Notes: a model not told the origin generated them from the sequence alone. DNA of 64,000 nt from an uncultured Acidobacteriota bacterium (GCA_963716405.1 CAVQTI010000014.1:350885-414884), one strand, 5' to 3'; positions 20,540 through 31,073 are shown, counted from the stretch's first letter. A program made the numbers and translations.

Positions 20540-20624
20540 TTCTGAAGCTCTCAGCTGTCAGCTCTCAGCTCAGCATGATGCTCTGCGGCTGAGAGCTGAA
20601 ACTGAAAGCTGATAGCCGAAAGCT
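20540..20624. repeat. Family E heptamer-tract inverted repeat between convergent genes (probable bidirectional terminator)
   Basis: GCTCTCAGCTGTCAGCTCTCAGCTCAGC faces GCTGAGAGCTGAAACTGAAAGCTGATAGC. AGCTCTCAGC and GCTGAGAGCT pair perfectly. Confidence 0.6.
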
Positions 20625-20631
20625 GCCTTCC

Positions 20632-21879
20632 TCACATCAGTTTTCTACGGACCATATCCAGCGCCTGCTGGCTGGCGAAACGGCGGATGCGTTTGCGATC
20701 TCCGGGGAATTTGCGTTCCACTACTTCGGTTCCAGCGTCGGAGGCCAGCGCGTGGAAAACGAGTCCTACCGGTTTCGTGTCGCTTCCGCCAGCCGGTCCT
20801 GCGATTCCGGTAACGCTTAGGCCGAAAGTTGCGCCGCTGCGCCGGCGTATTCCCTCCGCGAGAGCCTTGGCGACTTCGGGGCTTACGGCGCCGTGTTTAT
20901 CGATCAGTTCGGCGGGAACGTCAGCGAACGCAGTTTTCCATTGATTGGAATAAACCACCGCACCCCCGAGAAAATACCGCGAGCTTCCTCCCACGGAAGT
21001 GATGCGCTCCGCCAACAGGCCTCCAGTGCAGGATTCGGCGACTGCCAGCGTGGCATTGCGCATTTGCAGGTAATAGCCGACGATCTGTTCCATGGAATCG
21101 CCGTTGTCGGAAAAAACAGAATCGCCGAGTTCCTCTTCGAGCTTCTCCGCCAATTCGTCGACCCGCGATTGCGCGGCTTCGAGCGAGGCCGCTCTCGACT
21201 TCAAGTGCAACTGAATTTCGTCGGCTCCTGCCAGGATGGTTGTGTCCACATCCTTATACAGCTTGTAAATAGGCGCGATGCGCGAGTCGCACGATGACTC
21301 GCCGAGCCCGGTGATTTTCAATTCGCGCGTGGCGATAAATTGCGGCGGCAGTTTGGCGCGCAGGCGAGGCAAGCATTGCTCCTCGAACAGAGCCTTTAAC
21401 TCATGAGGCGGTCCGGGAAGCAGCATGATGATTCGTTCACGGCCATCATACTTTCCGCTCATCCACTGTCCGGGAGCGCTGCCATTGGCGTTTGGCAGCA
21501 CGGTCGCACCCGAAAGAACGTCCGCCTGCTTCAGATTATTTGTGGCCATCTTCCAGCCGCGGGCAGCGAAGCGTTGTTCGAGACTGGTAATGATTGCTGG
21601 ATCGCGGCGCAGTTCAAGTCCAAGCGCGTCGGCCACTGCTTCGCGGGTGAGATCGTCCTCGGTGGGGCCAAGGCCGCCCATGAAGATGACCACTTCAGCT
21701 CGAGACACGGCAAGACTCGCGGCTCCTGTCAGGCGTTCGCGGCTGTCTCCCACAATGGTTTTGAAAATTACATCAATGCCCAACTGGTTGAGTTTCTCGG
21801 TCAGATAAAGCGAATTCGTATCCTGGCGGAAAGGAGTCAGCAATTCGGAGCCAATGGCAATGATCTCGGCGTTCACCAA
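20632..21879 (-). CDS. cinA: competence/damage-inducible protein CinA (MoCF-binding domain + PncC-type nicotinamide-nucleotide amidase)
   Basis: 415 aa. N-terminus reads AEIIAIGSELLTPFRQDTNSLYLTEKL, and the C-terminal domain contains LAVAESCTGGLLA. Confidence 0.85.
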   Translation of the reverse strand: MVNAEIIAIGSELLTPFRQDTNSLYLTEKLNQLGIDVIFKTIVGDSRERLTGAASLAVSRAEVVIFMGGLGPTEDDLTREAVADALGLELRRDPAIITSLEQRFAARGWKMATNNLKQADVLSGATVLPNANGSAPGQWMSGKYDGRERIIMLLPGPPHELKALFEEQCLPRLRAKLPPQFIATRELKITGLGESSCDSRIAPIYKLYKDVDTTILAGADEIQLHLKSRAASLEAAQSRVDELAEKLEEELGDSVFSDNGDSMEQIVGYYLQMRNATLAVAESCTGGLLAERITSVGGSSRYFLGGAVVYSNQWKTAFADVPAELIDKHGAVSPEVAKALAEGIRRRSGATFGLSVTGIAGPAGGSDTKPVGLVFHALASDAGTEVVERKFPGDRKRIRRFASQQALDMVRRKLM

Positions 21880-21947
21880 TCAAAGTGTAAATGATTTGGG
21901 CCAAGCAAGATCAGCCACGGATTTTCACCCATGTGCGCGGATAAAAC

Positions 21948-23013
21948 TTAAGTGGGGACTTCTGTTAACGGAGATCCTTGAATGTTCCAGGCCAGATGAT
22001 GAACGGCGCTGTTGGTGGCTAGAACCGCGGAACGGCCGGGCGCAAAGGCAAGTCCGACCAGGCCCGCGCCGGCAACTGCCAGCGATGCTTCGCCGTTCGG
22101 GGTGATCTTGACAATGCCGCGTTTGCCGGAGAGCGAAGCAGCCACGTACAGATTGCCTTCCGCATCGAACGCGACACCCTGCGGACGCCCCAAGCCGCGG
22201 AAAAAAGTCGACACGTTGCCTTGCGGCGTGATCTTGTAAATGCAATCAAAACTGGACGTCGTTGGCCCGGTCACGAACAGATCTCCATTCGGAGCGAATG
22301 CAAGATGGTAGGCGGAGATGCTTGCCTCAAGGGTGGCGAAGACAAAGATTTGGCGGTCGGCGCCGATTTTGAAAATGGTGCCGCTGCGGTCGCCGACATA
22401 AAGATTCTGCGCGTCGATCGAAGGCAATCCCGGTGGCGATGCCCATGCCTTCCGCATAGGAAGACATCGTGCCGTTGGGAGCGACGCGGTATACGGTCCC
22501 ATCAAAGCGCGAGGAGACGTACATTTGACCGCTGCGGTCGAATGCAATGGAAGTGGCGTTCATCAAGTCGGCCAGGAAAGGCTTGACGTTGTAGTTGGTG
22601 TCGATCTTATAAATAGAAACGGGAACTTTCTGACCGCGACTGCCGGAGAAACTAACGTAAATATTGCCTTCAGCGTCGAGCGCGGGGTTTGTCACGGGGT
22701 GGAGATTCTCAGCAATGGGAACCGCGACCTTGATCTGATGGGGATTGCTGGAGTGTCCATTCGTCGAAACCACGATCGGGCCCGAAGACGCGCCGGCAGG
22801 CACGCGCGCCACCAGAAATTCGTCTGAACTGATTACGACCGCGCCCTCAATTTCGCCAAAGCGAACACGAGGACGCCGCAAATCCTGGGGACGCAGGCCG
22901 TGGCCGGTGATGCGTACTTCGCCGCCGGGCAGGGCAGCAGCCGGCACCACCGCTTCAATATGCGGCTTTCCATTTACGTTTGTCTTACCCAGCAAGCGGT
23001 CAGAAATTCCCAT
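21948..23013 (-). pseudogene. IPT/TIG domain + NHL/SMP-30-like beta-propeller protein, reading frame broken once
   Basis: ORFs 22327..23067 and 21948..22547 overlap. The N-terminal TIG-like domain contains PHIEAVVPAAALPGGEVRITGHGL, followed by repeated G.AFD..GN.YV blades. The frames join near 22407-22422 (...GIATGIAFD|AQNLYVGDRSG...). ATG 23013 avoids overlap with pgpA. Confidence 0.7.
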
Positions 23014-23047
23014 GGACTTCAACTTCCTCGCATGGTGCTGTGCCACA

Positions 23048-23566
23048 CTATCGTGGCAAAAGGCCAAAATGCAAAGCCGCTTGCATGACCATCAACGCGT
23101 AAAGCCCAGCGGCAATATCATCTAGTACGATGCCCATTCCCTCACGAAGGTGCTCAAGTTGACGCACCGGAAGAGGTTTGACGATGTCGAACCCTCGGAA
23201 AAGTATAAAGCCGAGCAACATAGATTGCCACGAGACGGGCACGGCAATGAGAGTAATCAATTGCCCGGCCACTTCGTCGATCACTACGAACTGCGGATCT
23301 TTCAGGCGGGTGGCGCGGGCCATGCGAGTCGCCGCGGGGATGCCCACAAGTATGGCGACAGCAGCCAGTAGTGCCGCGAATGCTGGCTGCCAATGGGGAT
23401 TGATCCCTGAACTCAGTAACCACCAAACTAAAACAGTAGCGGCCGAAGCCCAACTTCCCGGCGCCGGACGAAGCAAGCCTATGCCGAAAAAGGTAGCGAC
23501 CAGCTTAGCCCAAAGCGGGGCGCGAGACGTACTTGATACATCGCCAGCGTCAATCTTTCCGCGCAT
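23048..23566 (-). CDS. pgpA: phosphatidylglycerophosphatase A
   Basis: 172 aa. Motifs: FGIGLLRPAPGSWAS, VVIDEVAGQ, FRGFDIVKPLPVRQLE, GIVLDDIAAGLYA. Confidence 0.85.
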   Translation of the reverse strand: MRGKIDAGDVSSTSRAPLWAKLVATFFGIGLLRPAPGSWASAATVLVWWLLSSGINPHWQPAFAALLAAVAILVGIPAATRMARATRLKDPQFVVIDEVAGQLITLIAVPVSWQSMLLGFILFRGFDIVKPLPVRQLEHLREGMGIVLDDIAAGLYALMVMQAALHFGLLPR

Positions 23567-23572
23567 GTCCTT

Positions 23573-23625
23573 GTAGGGCCGCCGTCTCGGCGGCTATCGT
23601 GTGGGCATCCTGCCCCCATCCCGCT
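23573..23625. repeat. Family A repeat, half copy (inverse orientation)
   Basis: GTAGGGCCGCCGTCTCGGCGGCTATCGTGTGGGCATCCTGCCCCCA matches the reverse complement of the right half of the copy at 484-580. Confidence 0.7.
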
Positions 23626-23836
23626 AGAATTTCTCGTCCGAATCGAACGGCGGCGCGTCTTCAACACCCTCGCTCGTGTCCTGCACGGGTGACGAGATTA
23701 CGTAGGCGCCGCTCGCCCATTTTCCGAGGTCGATGGTGCGGCAGCGCTCACTGCAGAATGGGAACTCCGCATCGCCGTTTTTAACCGGCTTTTTGCAGAT
23801 GGGGCAACGCAGCTTTAACGTGCGCTTGTGAGGCAT
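23624..23836 (-). CDS. yacG: DNA gyrase inhibitor YacG (zinc finger)
   Basis: 70 aa. CPICKKPV...[21 protein letters not shown] matches the YacG C4 zinc ribbon and the DLGxW motif. Confidence 0.8.
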   Translation of the reverse strand: MPHKRTLKLRCPICKKPVKNGDAEFPFCSERCRTIDLGKWASGAYVISSPVQDTSEGVEDAPPFDSDEKF

Positions 23837-23842
23837 AGATCT

Positions 23843-25327
23843 TTAGATGATTTTAGCGACTAGATCGTAGTCATGGGCTTCGGTGATCTGGCATCGATAG
23901 AATTCGCCAGGCACTGGCTGGAGGCCGTCGGGGACGTCGTTTACAAAGACTTTGCCGTCAATTTCGGGAGCGTGCATGGCAGTGCGTCCTTCGAGCAGCA
24001 ATTCGCTTTCTTCCGATACTCCTTCGAGCAGCAGGTCGAATTCCTGGCCGACCAAGGCTTTCTTTCTCTTTTTGCTGATGCGGCGTTGAATCTGCATCAG
24101 GTGTTTACGGCGCCGCTGAATCTCGCGCTCCGGAAGCTTCGTATCCAATCCGAAAGCCTGCGCGCCCTCTTCGTCGGAATATCCAAATGTGCCCATCCAA
24201 TCAAATTCAGCCTGGCGGACGAATTCGCAAAGTTGCTCGAATTCGTCTTCGGTTTCGCCGGGAAAGCCGACGATGAACGATGTTCGCAAGGTGACCCCTG
24301 GAATCGTGCGCCGCATCTTCTCAATCGATCGGAGAAAAACGTCAGCGCCTCCGCCGCGTTTCATCCGCTTTAAAGCTGTTGCGGATGCGTGTTGCAAAGG
24401 CACATCGACATAGGAGCAAATCTTCTCGTGTCCGGCGATGGTTTCGAGCAAGCGACCCGTAATCTTGTTGGGATAGGCGTAGAGAAAGCGGATCCACCGC
24501 AGTTCGTTGATGCCCGCGAGCTTTTCGAGCAGGAGCGCAAGCCCATCCTTGAGTCCAAAGTCTTCGCCGTAGCAGGTTGTGTCCTGCCCGATGAGCGTGA
24601 TCTCGCGAACGCCGGAGCGGGCGAGGCGTTCGGCCTCGGCGATTACGGATTCGAATCGGCGAGAGCGAAACTTGCCGCGCAGCTGCGGAATAATGCAGAA
24701 GCTGCAAGGATGATCGCAGCCTTCGGCAATTTTTATATATGCGGTGTAGCCGGGCGTGGCCAGGACGCGCGGCGTGGCTTCGTCATAAAGATAATTCGGA
24801 AGATCGGCAATGGCTCCGTCCCAGGACTCGCGGGAAAATCGTCCTTGCGCCTCACGGGCGTCGCCCTCGGCGCGCGATGTCAAAATATTAAACGGAGACG
24901 GTTTAGTGGGCTTTGGCTCAACCCCCGCAGCGGCCAGAATTTTTTCCAGTTCCCCGGTACCTACGACGGCGTCTACTTCCGGAATGTTCTTGCGAATGTC
25001 GTCGCGGAAACGTTCGACCAGGCATCCTGCAACCACCAGTTTCTGCGCCCGGCCGTCAGTTTTGTGACGCGCCATTTCCAGAATCGTGTCCACAGATTCC
25101 TGCTGCGCGCTCGCAATGAACGAACAGGTGTTGACCACGATGACGTCGGCGTCTTCGGCGCGCGCAACCAAGTCGGCTCCGCCGTCCGCCAACATGCCCA
25201 TCATAACTTCGCTGTCGACCAGGTTTTTGGGACACCCCAGGCTCACGAAACCGACCTTGGGTCGAAAGCGCGGACTGGCCTTTTCAGGCGTATCTTCGAT
25301 GGCTACAGTGGGCTTCTGAACAGGCAT
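23843..25327 (-). CDS. rimO: ribosomal protein S12 methylthiotransferase RimO
   Basis: 494 aa with an N-terminal MTTase domain (VGFVSLGCPKNLVDSE), the radical-SAM motif CDHPCSFC and a C-terminal TRAM domain. Confidence 0.9.
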   Translation of the reverse strand: MPVQKPTVAIEDTPEKASPRFRPKVGFVSLGCPKNLVDSEVMMGMLADGGADLVARAEDADVIVVNTCSFIASAQQESVDTILEMARHKTDGRAQKLVVAGCLVERFRDDIRKNIPEVDAVVGTGELEKILAAAGVEPKPTKPSPFNILTSRAEGDAREAQGRFSRESWDGAIADLPNYLYDEATPRVLATPGYTAYIKIAEGCDHPCSFCIIPQLRGKFRSRRFESVIAEAERLARSGVREITLIGQDTTCYGEDFGLKDGLALLLEKLAGINELRWIRFLYAYPNKITGRLLETIAGHEKICSYVDVPLQHASATALKRMKRGGGADVFLRSIEKMRRTIPGVTLRTSFIVGFPGETEDEFEQLCEFVRQAEFDWMGTFGYSDEEGAQAFGLDTKLPEREIQRRRKHLMQIQRRISKKRKKALVGQEFDLLLEGVSEESELLLEGRTAMHAPEIDGKVFVNDVPDGLQPVPGEFYRCQITEAHDYDLVAKII

Positions 25328-25503
25328 GGAATCTTATTATTCTAACATTCATGACCGATTCTGAAGCCTGGTCTGGGATTGAAGCAGAATGAAAAGCCGC
25401 GTTCGGGCCTTGGAGGAAATCAATGAAACGTTAGAGAATATGACGCACCGGCGTCACTGAAAAGAGATGACCAGTTTGTTTTGGCCGTGATTGGGAGCGC
25501 CAC

Positions 25504-25716
25504 TTGACTCGACTGACGTGGTTCGGATTATTCGCGGTCACAGCAATGCTGGTTTGCTATGCTTTTGAAAATCGAAGCAGATGGTTCACTTTGGCGTTCG
25601 CCGTTGCGTGTCTGTTAGGTTCGGCCTATGGATTTCTGCAGGGCTCCTGGCCTTTTGGAATTGTTGAAGCAATTTGGTCGGTGGTTGCGGTGCGTCGCTG
25701 GTGGCTGGCAAACTGA
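25504..25716 (+). CDS. hypothetical two-helix membrane protein
   Basis: 70 aa with a TTG start and two clear hydrophobic helices. It does not overlap thpR when thpR starts at 25736. Confidence 0.4.
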   Translation: MTRLTWFGLFAVTAMLVCYAFENRSRWFTLAFAVACLLGSAYGFLQGSWPFGIVEAIWSVVAVRRWWLAN

Positions 25717-25735
25717 AGCTGGAAGCGGGCTTTCC

Positions 25736-26323
25736 ATGCGCATTTTTGTGGCTCTCGACATTGACGACGCAATCCGACAGCGCATGCAGCGCTTCATCGA
25801 AGGAGTGACTGGCTTCGCGCCAGATGCGCGATGGGTCCGACCTGAATCGCTGCATGTCACCTTGAAATTTGTTGGCGAAAAGCCGCAGGAAGCCGTGGAA
25901 GAAATCAAGCGGGCGCTGTCGAGTATCCGCCCCGAGCCTGTCGACATGAGCTTTCGCGGCTACGGATTCTTTCCTACCGCAAAAGCGGCTCGCGTCTTCT
26001 GGGTGGGAATTGAATCCGGACCGCAACTCGCGGCACTGGCAAAAGCTGTCGATCAGTCTCTGAAGGCTCTGGGAATTCCGCAAGAAGAACATCCTTTCAC
26101 TCCTCACCTCACGCTGGCCCGCGGTGGCGGACGGTCCGGCGCGCCCCATCGAAAAAAGGATGATGCTGCAAACAAGAACTTCCATTGCTTGCAGGAAAAA
26201 TTGGCCGCTTTACCTGCTCCGGACTTTGGTACCATGGCGGCCCACGAGTTTTTTCTATATCAGAGCCAGCTCTCGCAAGGAGGTTCACGCTACACAAAGA
26301 TCGCAAGCTTCCCCTTGATGTAG
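25736..26323 (+). CDS. thpR: RNA 2',3'-cyclic phosphodiesterase (2H phosphoesterase, ThpR/LigT)
   Basis: Starts MRIFVALDI. It has two HxT motifs, HVTLKF and HLTLAR. The longer listed ORF (25628) is an upstream extension. Confidence 0.8.
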   Translation: MRIFVALDIDDAIRQRMQRFIEGVTGFAPDARWVRPESLHVTLKFVGEKPQEAVEEIKRALSSIRPEPVDMSFRGYGFFPTAKAARVFWVGIESGPQLAALAKAVDQSLKALGIPQEEHPFTPHLTLARGGGRSGAPHRKKDDAANKNFHCLQEKLAALPAPDFGTMAAHEFFLYQSQLSQGGSRYTKIASFPLM

Positions 26324-26334
26324 CTCTTGTCTAT

Positions 26335-26395
26335 GTAGCGCCGGCGTCCCGCCGGCTGTCGCGAGGGCCTCTTGCCCTCGCCGCCGTCCAGCCAC
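26335..26395. repeat. Family A repeat, half copy
   Basis: GTAGCGCCGGCGTCCCGCCGGCTGTCGCGAGGGCCTCTTGCCCTCGCC is nearly identical to the left half of the copy at 484-580. Confidence 0.8.
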
Positions 26396-26421
26396 CTGAA
26401 GCTTGTATATTTGAAACCGCA

Positions 26422-27024
26422 ATGACCACTTTTCTTCTCACCGCCGCGTATAGCTACCTTCTGGGATCGATCCCCTTCGGGTACATTCTGGTTCGTACTT
26501 TTCGCGGAAAGGACGTGCGCCAAACCGGCAGCGGCAACATTGGGGCAACCAACGTCTCTCGCACTTCTCCGCGATTGGGCGCGCTCACCTTGATCCTCGA
26601 TGCATTGAAGGGACTCAGCGCTGTGCTATTGACTCGCGCGCTCTTCCCAACTCGCACGGGCTTAATGTTCGCGGCAGCCCTGTTCGCCATCGTGGGTCAT
26701 GTGTTTCCGGTGTGGCTGCGTTTTCGAGGCGGCAAGGGTGTGGCCACGGGATTAGGTTCTTTCGCCATCCTCACCCCGAAAACCATTCTTGTCGTGATTG
26801 CTGTCTTCATTGTGATTTTCCTCGCGTTTCGCTACGTCTCGATAGCGTCGATCCTCAGTGTGGCCTTGTTTCCGCTGCTGGCTTGGATTCTCGAGCCGGG
26901 CATAAATTTGCGGATGGTCGGAGTCATGGCAGTTGCTTCGCTTATGATCATTGCCCGGCACCATGAAAATATTCGCCGCCTGCTGAACCACACTGAGTCC
27001 CGCTTCCAGTGGAGGCGTGCATGA
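26422..27024 (+). CDS. plsY: glycerol-3-phosphate acyltransferase PlsY
   Basis: From ATG 26422 the protein reads MTTFLLTAAYSYLLGSIPFGYILVRTFRGKDVRQTGSGNIGATNV, followed by GGKGVATGLG. Confidence 0.9.
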   Translation: MTTFLLTAAYSYLLGSIPFGYILVRTFRGKDVRQTGSGNIGATNVSRTSPRLGALTLILDALKGLSAVLLTRALFPTRTGLMFAAALFAIVGHVFPVWLRFRGGKGVATGLGSFAILTPKTILVVIAVFIVIFLAFRYVSIASILSVALFPLLAWILEPGINLRMVGVMAVASLMIIARHHENIRRLLNHTESRFQWRRA

Positions 27025-28037
27025 GCGACATTGCCGTAGTTGGCGCCGGCGCTTGGGGCACGAGCCTTTCTATTGTGTTGGGAAGGAAAGGCTCGCATCG
27101 CGTGCGTCTATGGGCGCACGAACCCGAAGTGCGCGATTCAATTTCGTCGCGCCGCATCAATGAACTCTTTCTTCCGGGACAAACCATTCCCGATTGCGTC
27201 TCCGCTTCGGGCAGTTTTGAAGAGGCTCTTCACGGTGCTGAAATTGTCGTCAGCGTGATGCCTTCGCAGCACTGCCGGGCGCTTTTCGCGAACATGCGTG
27301 CGTTTCTAAATCCCGACATGTTGTTCGTGAGCGCGACCAAAGGCCTTGAAGAGGGAACTCTGTTGCGCATGACGGAAGTGATCTCGGTTGTTCTCGATTC
27401 ACCCGGCGGGTTCGAGCCCCGTATCGGGGCGCTGAGCGGACCTACATTCGCCAAAGAAGTGGCGCGCGGCGATCCTACGGCAATCACTATCGCCTCTCAT
27501 GACGGCGATCTCGCGGAAACCGTTCAGCGAGAATTCAGTGGTCCCTGTTTCCGCGTTTACACGAATTCTGATGTGGCTGGAGTGGAACTCGGCGGTGCGC
27601 TGAAAAACATTATTGCCATCGCCGCAGGAGTTTGCGACGGACTGGGGCTCGGGCATAACTCGATCGCAGCGCTGATCACTCGCGGACTGGCCGAGATCAC
27701 TCGCCTAGTCGTGGCCTGCGGCGGCCGCCAGGAAACCATGGCCGGACTTGCGGGGATAGGGGATCTTGTCCTTACCTGCACCGGCGGCCTTTCGCGCAAC
27801 CGTAGCGTGGGTGTCGAGCTCGGCCGCGGGCGCAAGCTTGCTGACATTGTTGCTGGCATGCATGGCATGGTCGCCGAAGGCGTTTTCTGCACCCATGCCG
27901 CAGTCGAACTAGCGCGCGTTCGCGGCGTCGAAATGCCCATCACCGCCGAGATGGATGCCATCCTCAACCACGGTAAATCGCCGCGCGACGCAATCCACAA
28001 CCTGATGACCCGCACCGCAAAGAGCGAAACCGTGTAG
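27021..28037 (+). CDS. gpsA: NAD(P)H-dependent glycerol-3-phosphate dehydrogenase
   Basis: Starts MSDIAVVGAGAWGTSL. Internal motifs are GPTFAKEV and LKNIIAIAAG. Its ATG overlaps the plsY stop as ATGA. Confidence 0.9.
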   Translation: MSDIAVVGAGAWGTSLSIVLGRKGSHRVRLWAHEPEVRDSISSRRINELFLPGQTIPDCVSASGSFEEALHGAEIVVSVMPSQHCRALFANMRAFLNPDMLFVSATKGLEEGTLLRMTEVISVVLDSPGGFEPRIGALSGPTFAKEVARGDPTAITIASHDGDLAETVQREFSGPCFRVYTNSDVAGVELGGALKNIIAIAAGVCDGLGLGHNSIAALITRGLAEITRLVVACGGRQETMAGLAGIGDLVLTCTGGLSRNRSVGVELGRGRKLADIVAGMHGMVAEGVFCTHAAVELARVRGVEMPITAEMDAILNHGKSPRDAIHNLMTRTAKSETV

Positions 28038-28194
28038 GCTGCCCGTGTAGACGCGTCCATCGCAATCGCCCAAACCGCCCCAACGGTGCGGCTTTTCGGG
28101 GTACTTTCGTAACACTTGCCGAGTCGAATACCACGCTACACTTTTAGCAGCACCAATAAATTCAAGCTGCGTATAAACGCGGCGAAAAGGCCAC

Positions 28195-30012
28195 GTGTTG
28201 CTGAAATTACCGTCGCCATCTCGACTGCCCATTCTTTACGTCATTCTAAGTGTGCTCGTATTGGTGAGCGTGGTGCCCATGTATTTCTATTCGGCTCAGG
28301 TGGAATCGATTAATCGGGACCGCCTGATCACTAATGAAAGGTTGCTGCAGAATACGGTCACGCGCTCGCTCGCGGACGATATTTCACAGCACCAGCAATC
28401 CCTGCGCATGATGCAGGCAAATCTCGCGTCCGCGCTGCAGGTGGCCAGCGGCGGTGACATTACTTCCGAACACGTGGAAGCACCGGAGTTGCGAGCCTTG
28501 CTGGAAAACTTTGTTTCATCTTCAGACGATCTGGCCTATGCCACGCTGTTGAACTCCGATGCCAAGGGAATCTCAGCCGGACGAATTGCCCCGGATGCCT
28601 TCCTGCAGCGCGAACTTGAGCGCGCTTATGCCGCTGCCCGCGAAGGTCGAGTCTACAACGGCGAGGCGTTGGTCGTGGGCACCGGTAAATCCGCCCGCAC
28701 CGTCATGCTGGTCAGCACGCCCGTGACGTACGCAGGCAGTTTCCTGGGCATGATTGGCTCGGTCGTCGACTTGCAATTCCTCATCCGCCGCTTGCAGGAA
28801 GTCAACCGTGGCGGTCTGACTCCTTACGTTGTGGATAGTCAGGGACGGCTGGTGGTCGGTGCCGCTCCCGGTTACGCTACCGGGCAGGACATGTCGAACC
28901 TGGAGATTGTGCGCAACTTCGTCGAGGCCGGCACCAAGGTACAAATGGTGGCCGCGACTCGCGAATTTAATTTGCGCAACGGCAATGCCAACATCCGAAT
29001 GCTCGGCACCTACAGTCCCGTCAATAATCTGGACTGGGCAGTCGTCGTGCAAAAGCCGCGCGCCGAGGCCTACAAGGGCGTGTACGAGATGCAGAGCAAT
29101 GCCCGCATTTTGGCCATTATGGCCATCGCTCTCAGCATTGGTATCAGTATTTTCGCGGCCCGCCGCATCACCAACCCGCTGGAGGTGCTCACTCATTTCA
29201 GCCGGGCTATTGCCGCCGGCGATTTTTCCCAGCGCGTTCACGTCAAGAGCCGCACAGAAATCGGTGAACTGGCGCAGACTTTTAATGTCATGTCAGAAGA
29301 GCTAGAGCATTTCGTGCTCGACCTCAAACGCGCGGCTAAAGAAAATCGCGAATTGTTTATGGGCTCCATTCAAATGCTCGCCGGAGCCGTCGACGAAAAG
29401 GATCCGTATACTCGCGGCCACTCGGATCGCGTCACCCGTTATTCGCTGCTGATTGCCAAAGAGATGGGCGTGTCAGAAGACTTTATTGAAACCGTTCGCA
29501 TCTCCGCTCAACTGCACGATGTGGGAAAAATTGGAATCGAGGATCGCATCCTTAAAAAGCCGGGCGCGCTTACTCCAGAAGAATTCGACATTATGAAGAC
29601 GCATACCACCAAGGGCGCCAACATCCTGCGTTCGGTGGCGCAATTGAAAGACATGATTCCTGGAATCGAGCTACACCATGAATCGCTCGATGGACGCGGC
29701 TATCCGCACGGACTTAAGGGAGATCAAATTCCGCTGCTGCCTCGCATTATCGCGGTAGCCGACACCTTTGATGCGCTGACCACCAACCGTCCTTATCAGC
29801 AAGCGCACAATCCCATAGACGCGTTGAAGATCATTCACAATCTCTCGGGAAAGCGCCTTGATCCTACCGCAGCCAGCGCCATCACCGCGATTTATTATCG
29901 CGGCGAAATACAGATCGCGCGCCCAGTCGCTGCCGCGACGCCTTCTCCAGTCCCAGTTCCTGTGCCTGTTGCCCCGATTGCGACACCAGCCGTGTCCGAG
30001 ACTCTCGCGTAG
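28195..30012 (+). CDS. membrane sensor protein with Cache-like periplasmic region, HAMP and HD-GYP domains (cyclic-di-GMP phosphodiesterase family)
   Basis: 605 aa. It has a HAMP domain (RRITNPLEVL...GELAQTFNVM) and an HD-GYP domain (RGHSDRV, QLHDVGKIGI, HHESLDGRGYPHGLKG). Confidence 0.8.
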   Translation: MLLKLPSPSRLPILYVILSVLVLVSVVPMYFYSAQVESINRDRLITNERLLQNTVTRSLADDISQHQQSLRMMQANLASALQVASGGDITSEHVEAPELRALLENFVSSSDDLAYATLLNSDAKGISAGRIAPDAFLQRELERAYAAAREGRVYNGEALVVGTGKSARTVMLVSTPVTYAGSFLGMIGSVVDLQFLIRRLQEVNRGGLTPYVVDSQGRLVVGAAPGYATGQDMSNLEIVRNFVEAGTKVQMVAATREFNLRNGNANIRMLGTYSPVNNLDWAVVVQKPRAEAYKGVYEMQSNARILAIMAIALSIGISIFAARRITNPLEVLTHFSRAIAAGDFSQRVHVKSRTEIGELAQTFNVMSEELEHFVLDLKRAAKENRELFMGSIQMLAGAVDEKDPYTRGHSDRVTRYSLLIAKEMGVSEDFIETVRISAQLHDVGKIGIEDRILKKPGALTPEEFDIMKTHTTKGANILRSVAQLKDMIPGIELHHESLDGRGYPHGLKGDQIPLLPRIIAVADTFDALTTNRPYQQAHNPIDALKIIHNLSGKRLDPTAASAITAIYYRGEIQIARPVAAATPSPVPVPVPVAPIATPAVSETLA

Positions 30013-30114
30013 AAAATTGGTTCGCCCTTCACCTGAGCCGTGGATGAGTCACCTCATCGCGTGGAAATCACCACCTCCCGCTATAATTAATGTTTAGCCG
30101 CTATTCCTCCGATT

Positions 30115-31071
30115 ATGATTCAGACCCTGTTTGGCAGCCTCGACGAAGAGCAGAAGCCGGGTCTCTTCGACCGCATGAAAGAGGCGGTGACGCGTACCCG
30201 CGAAAACCTCAGCCAACGCATTGAGGACGTTGTTTCCTTCGGCAAGGAAATTGATCGGTCGACGCTAGATGATCTGGAAGCGACTCTTATCGGAGCAGAC
30301 CTCGGCAACATCACGACTCAGGAAGTTCTGGGCAAGCTTCGAGAAAAAGCTGACCGAAAACAAATCAAGAACGTCGATGAGCTCAAGCGCGTGTTGAAAG
30401 ACGAACTGCTCGCAATTTTGAATGCAGCCAACACGCGTCCGGTGGAGAAGGTTGACGGCACCCCTGAAGTCATCCTCGTGGTGGGCGTCAATGGCACCGG
30501 CAAAACTACTACGATCGGCAAGCTGTCGCAGGTTTTTCGATCGCAGGGTAAAACCGTGTTGCTGTGCGCAGCCGATACGTTTCGCGCCGCCGCCATCGAG
30601 CAACTCGAAATTTGGGGACAACGCACCGGAACCGAAGTCATCCGAACCAAAGCTGGCGGTGATCCGTCAGCTGTCCTGTACGACGCCTTGCAAGCCGCAT
30701 CCGCGCGGCACAGCGATTACGTGATCGTCGACACTGCTGGGCGTCTTCACACTAAAACCAACCTGATGGCTGAACTGGAAAAGATGCGGCGCACGGCGCA
30801 ACGCATCATTCCCGGCGCACCGCACGAAACTTTGCTGGTGATGGATGCCACCACCGGACAGAACGGTTTGCAGCAGGCGCGCCAGTTCACGGACGCCGCT
30901 GGCGTAACCGGAATCGTGCTCACCAAGCTCGATGGCACGGCCAAGGGTGGAGTGGTGGTAGCCATTTCTCGAGAGCTGGGCCTGCCGGTGCGCTATGTTG
31001 GAGTCGGCGAAAAAGCTGGAGATTTGCTGCCTTTCAACGCAAAAGATTTTGTGGACTCATTGTTCGCGTAG
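30115..31071 (+). CDS. ftsY: signal recognition particle receptor FtsY
   Basis: 318 aa. SRP-GTPase motifs: [31 protein letters not shown]. Confidence 0.92.
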   Translation: MIQTLFGSLDEEQKPGLFDRMKEAVTRTRENLSQRIEDVVSFGKEIDRSTLDDLEATLIGADLGNITTQEVLGKLREKADRKQIKNVDELKRVLKDELLAILNAANTRPVEKVDGTPEVILVVGVNGTGKTTTIGKLSQVFRSQGKTVLLCAADTFRAAAIEQLEIWGQRTGTEVIRTKAGGDPSAVLYDALQAASARHSDYVIVDTAGRLHTKTNLMAELEKMRRTAQRIIPGAPHETLLVMDATTGQNGLQQARQFTDAAGVTGIVLTKLDGTAKGGVVVAISRELGLPVRYVGVGEKAGDLLPFNAKDFVDSLFA

Positions 31072-31073
31072 AT

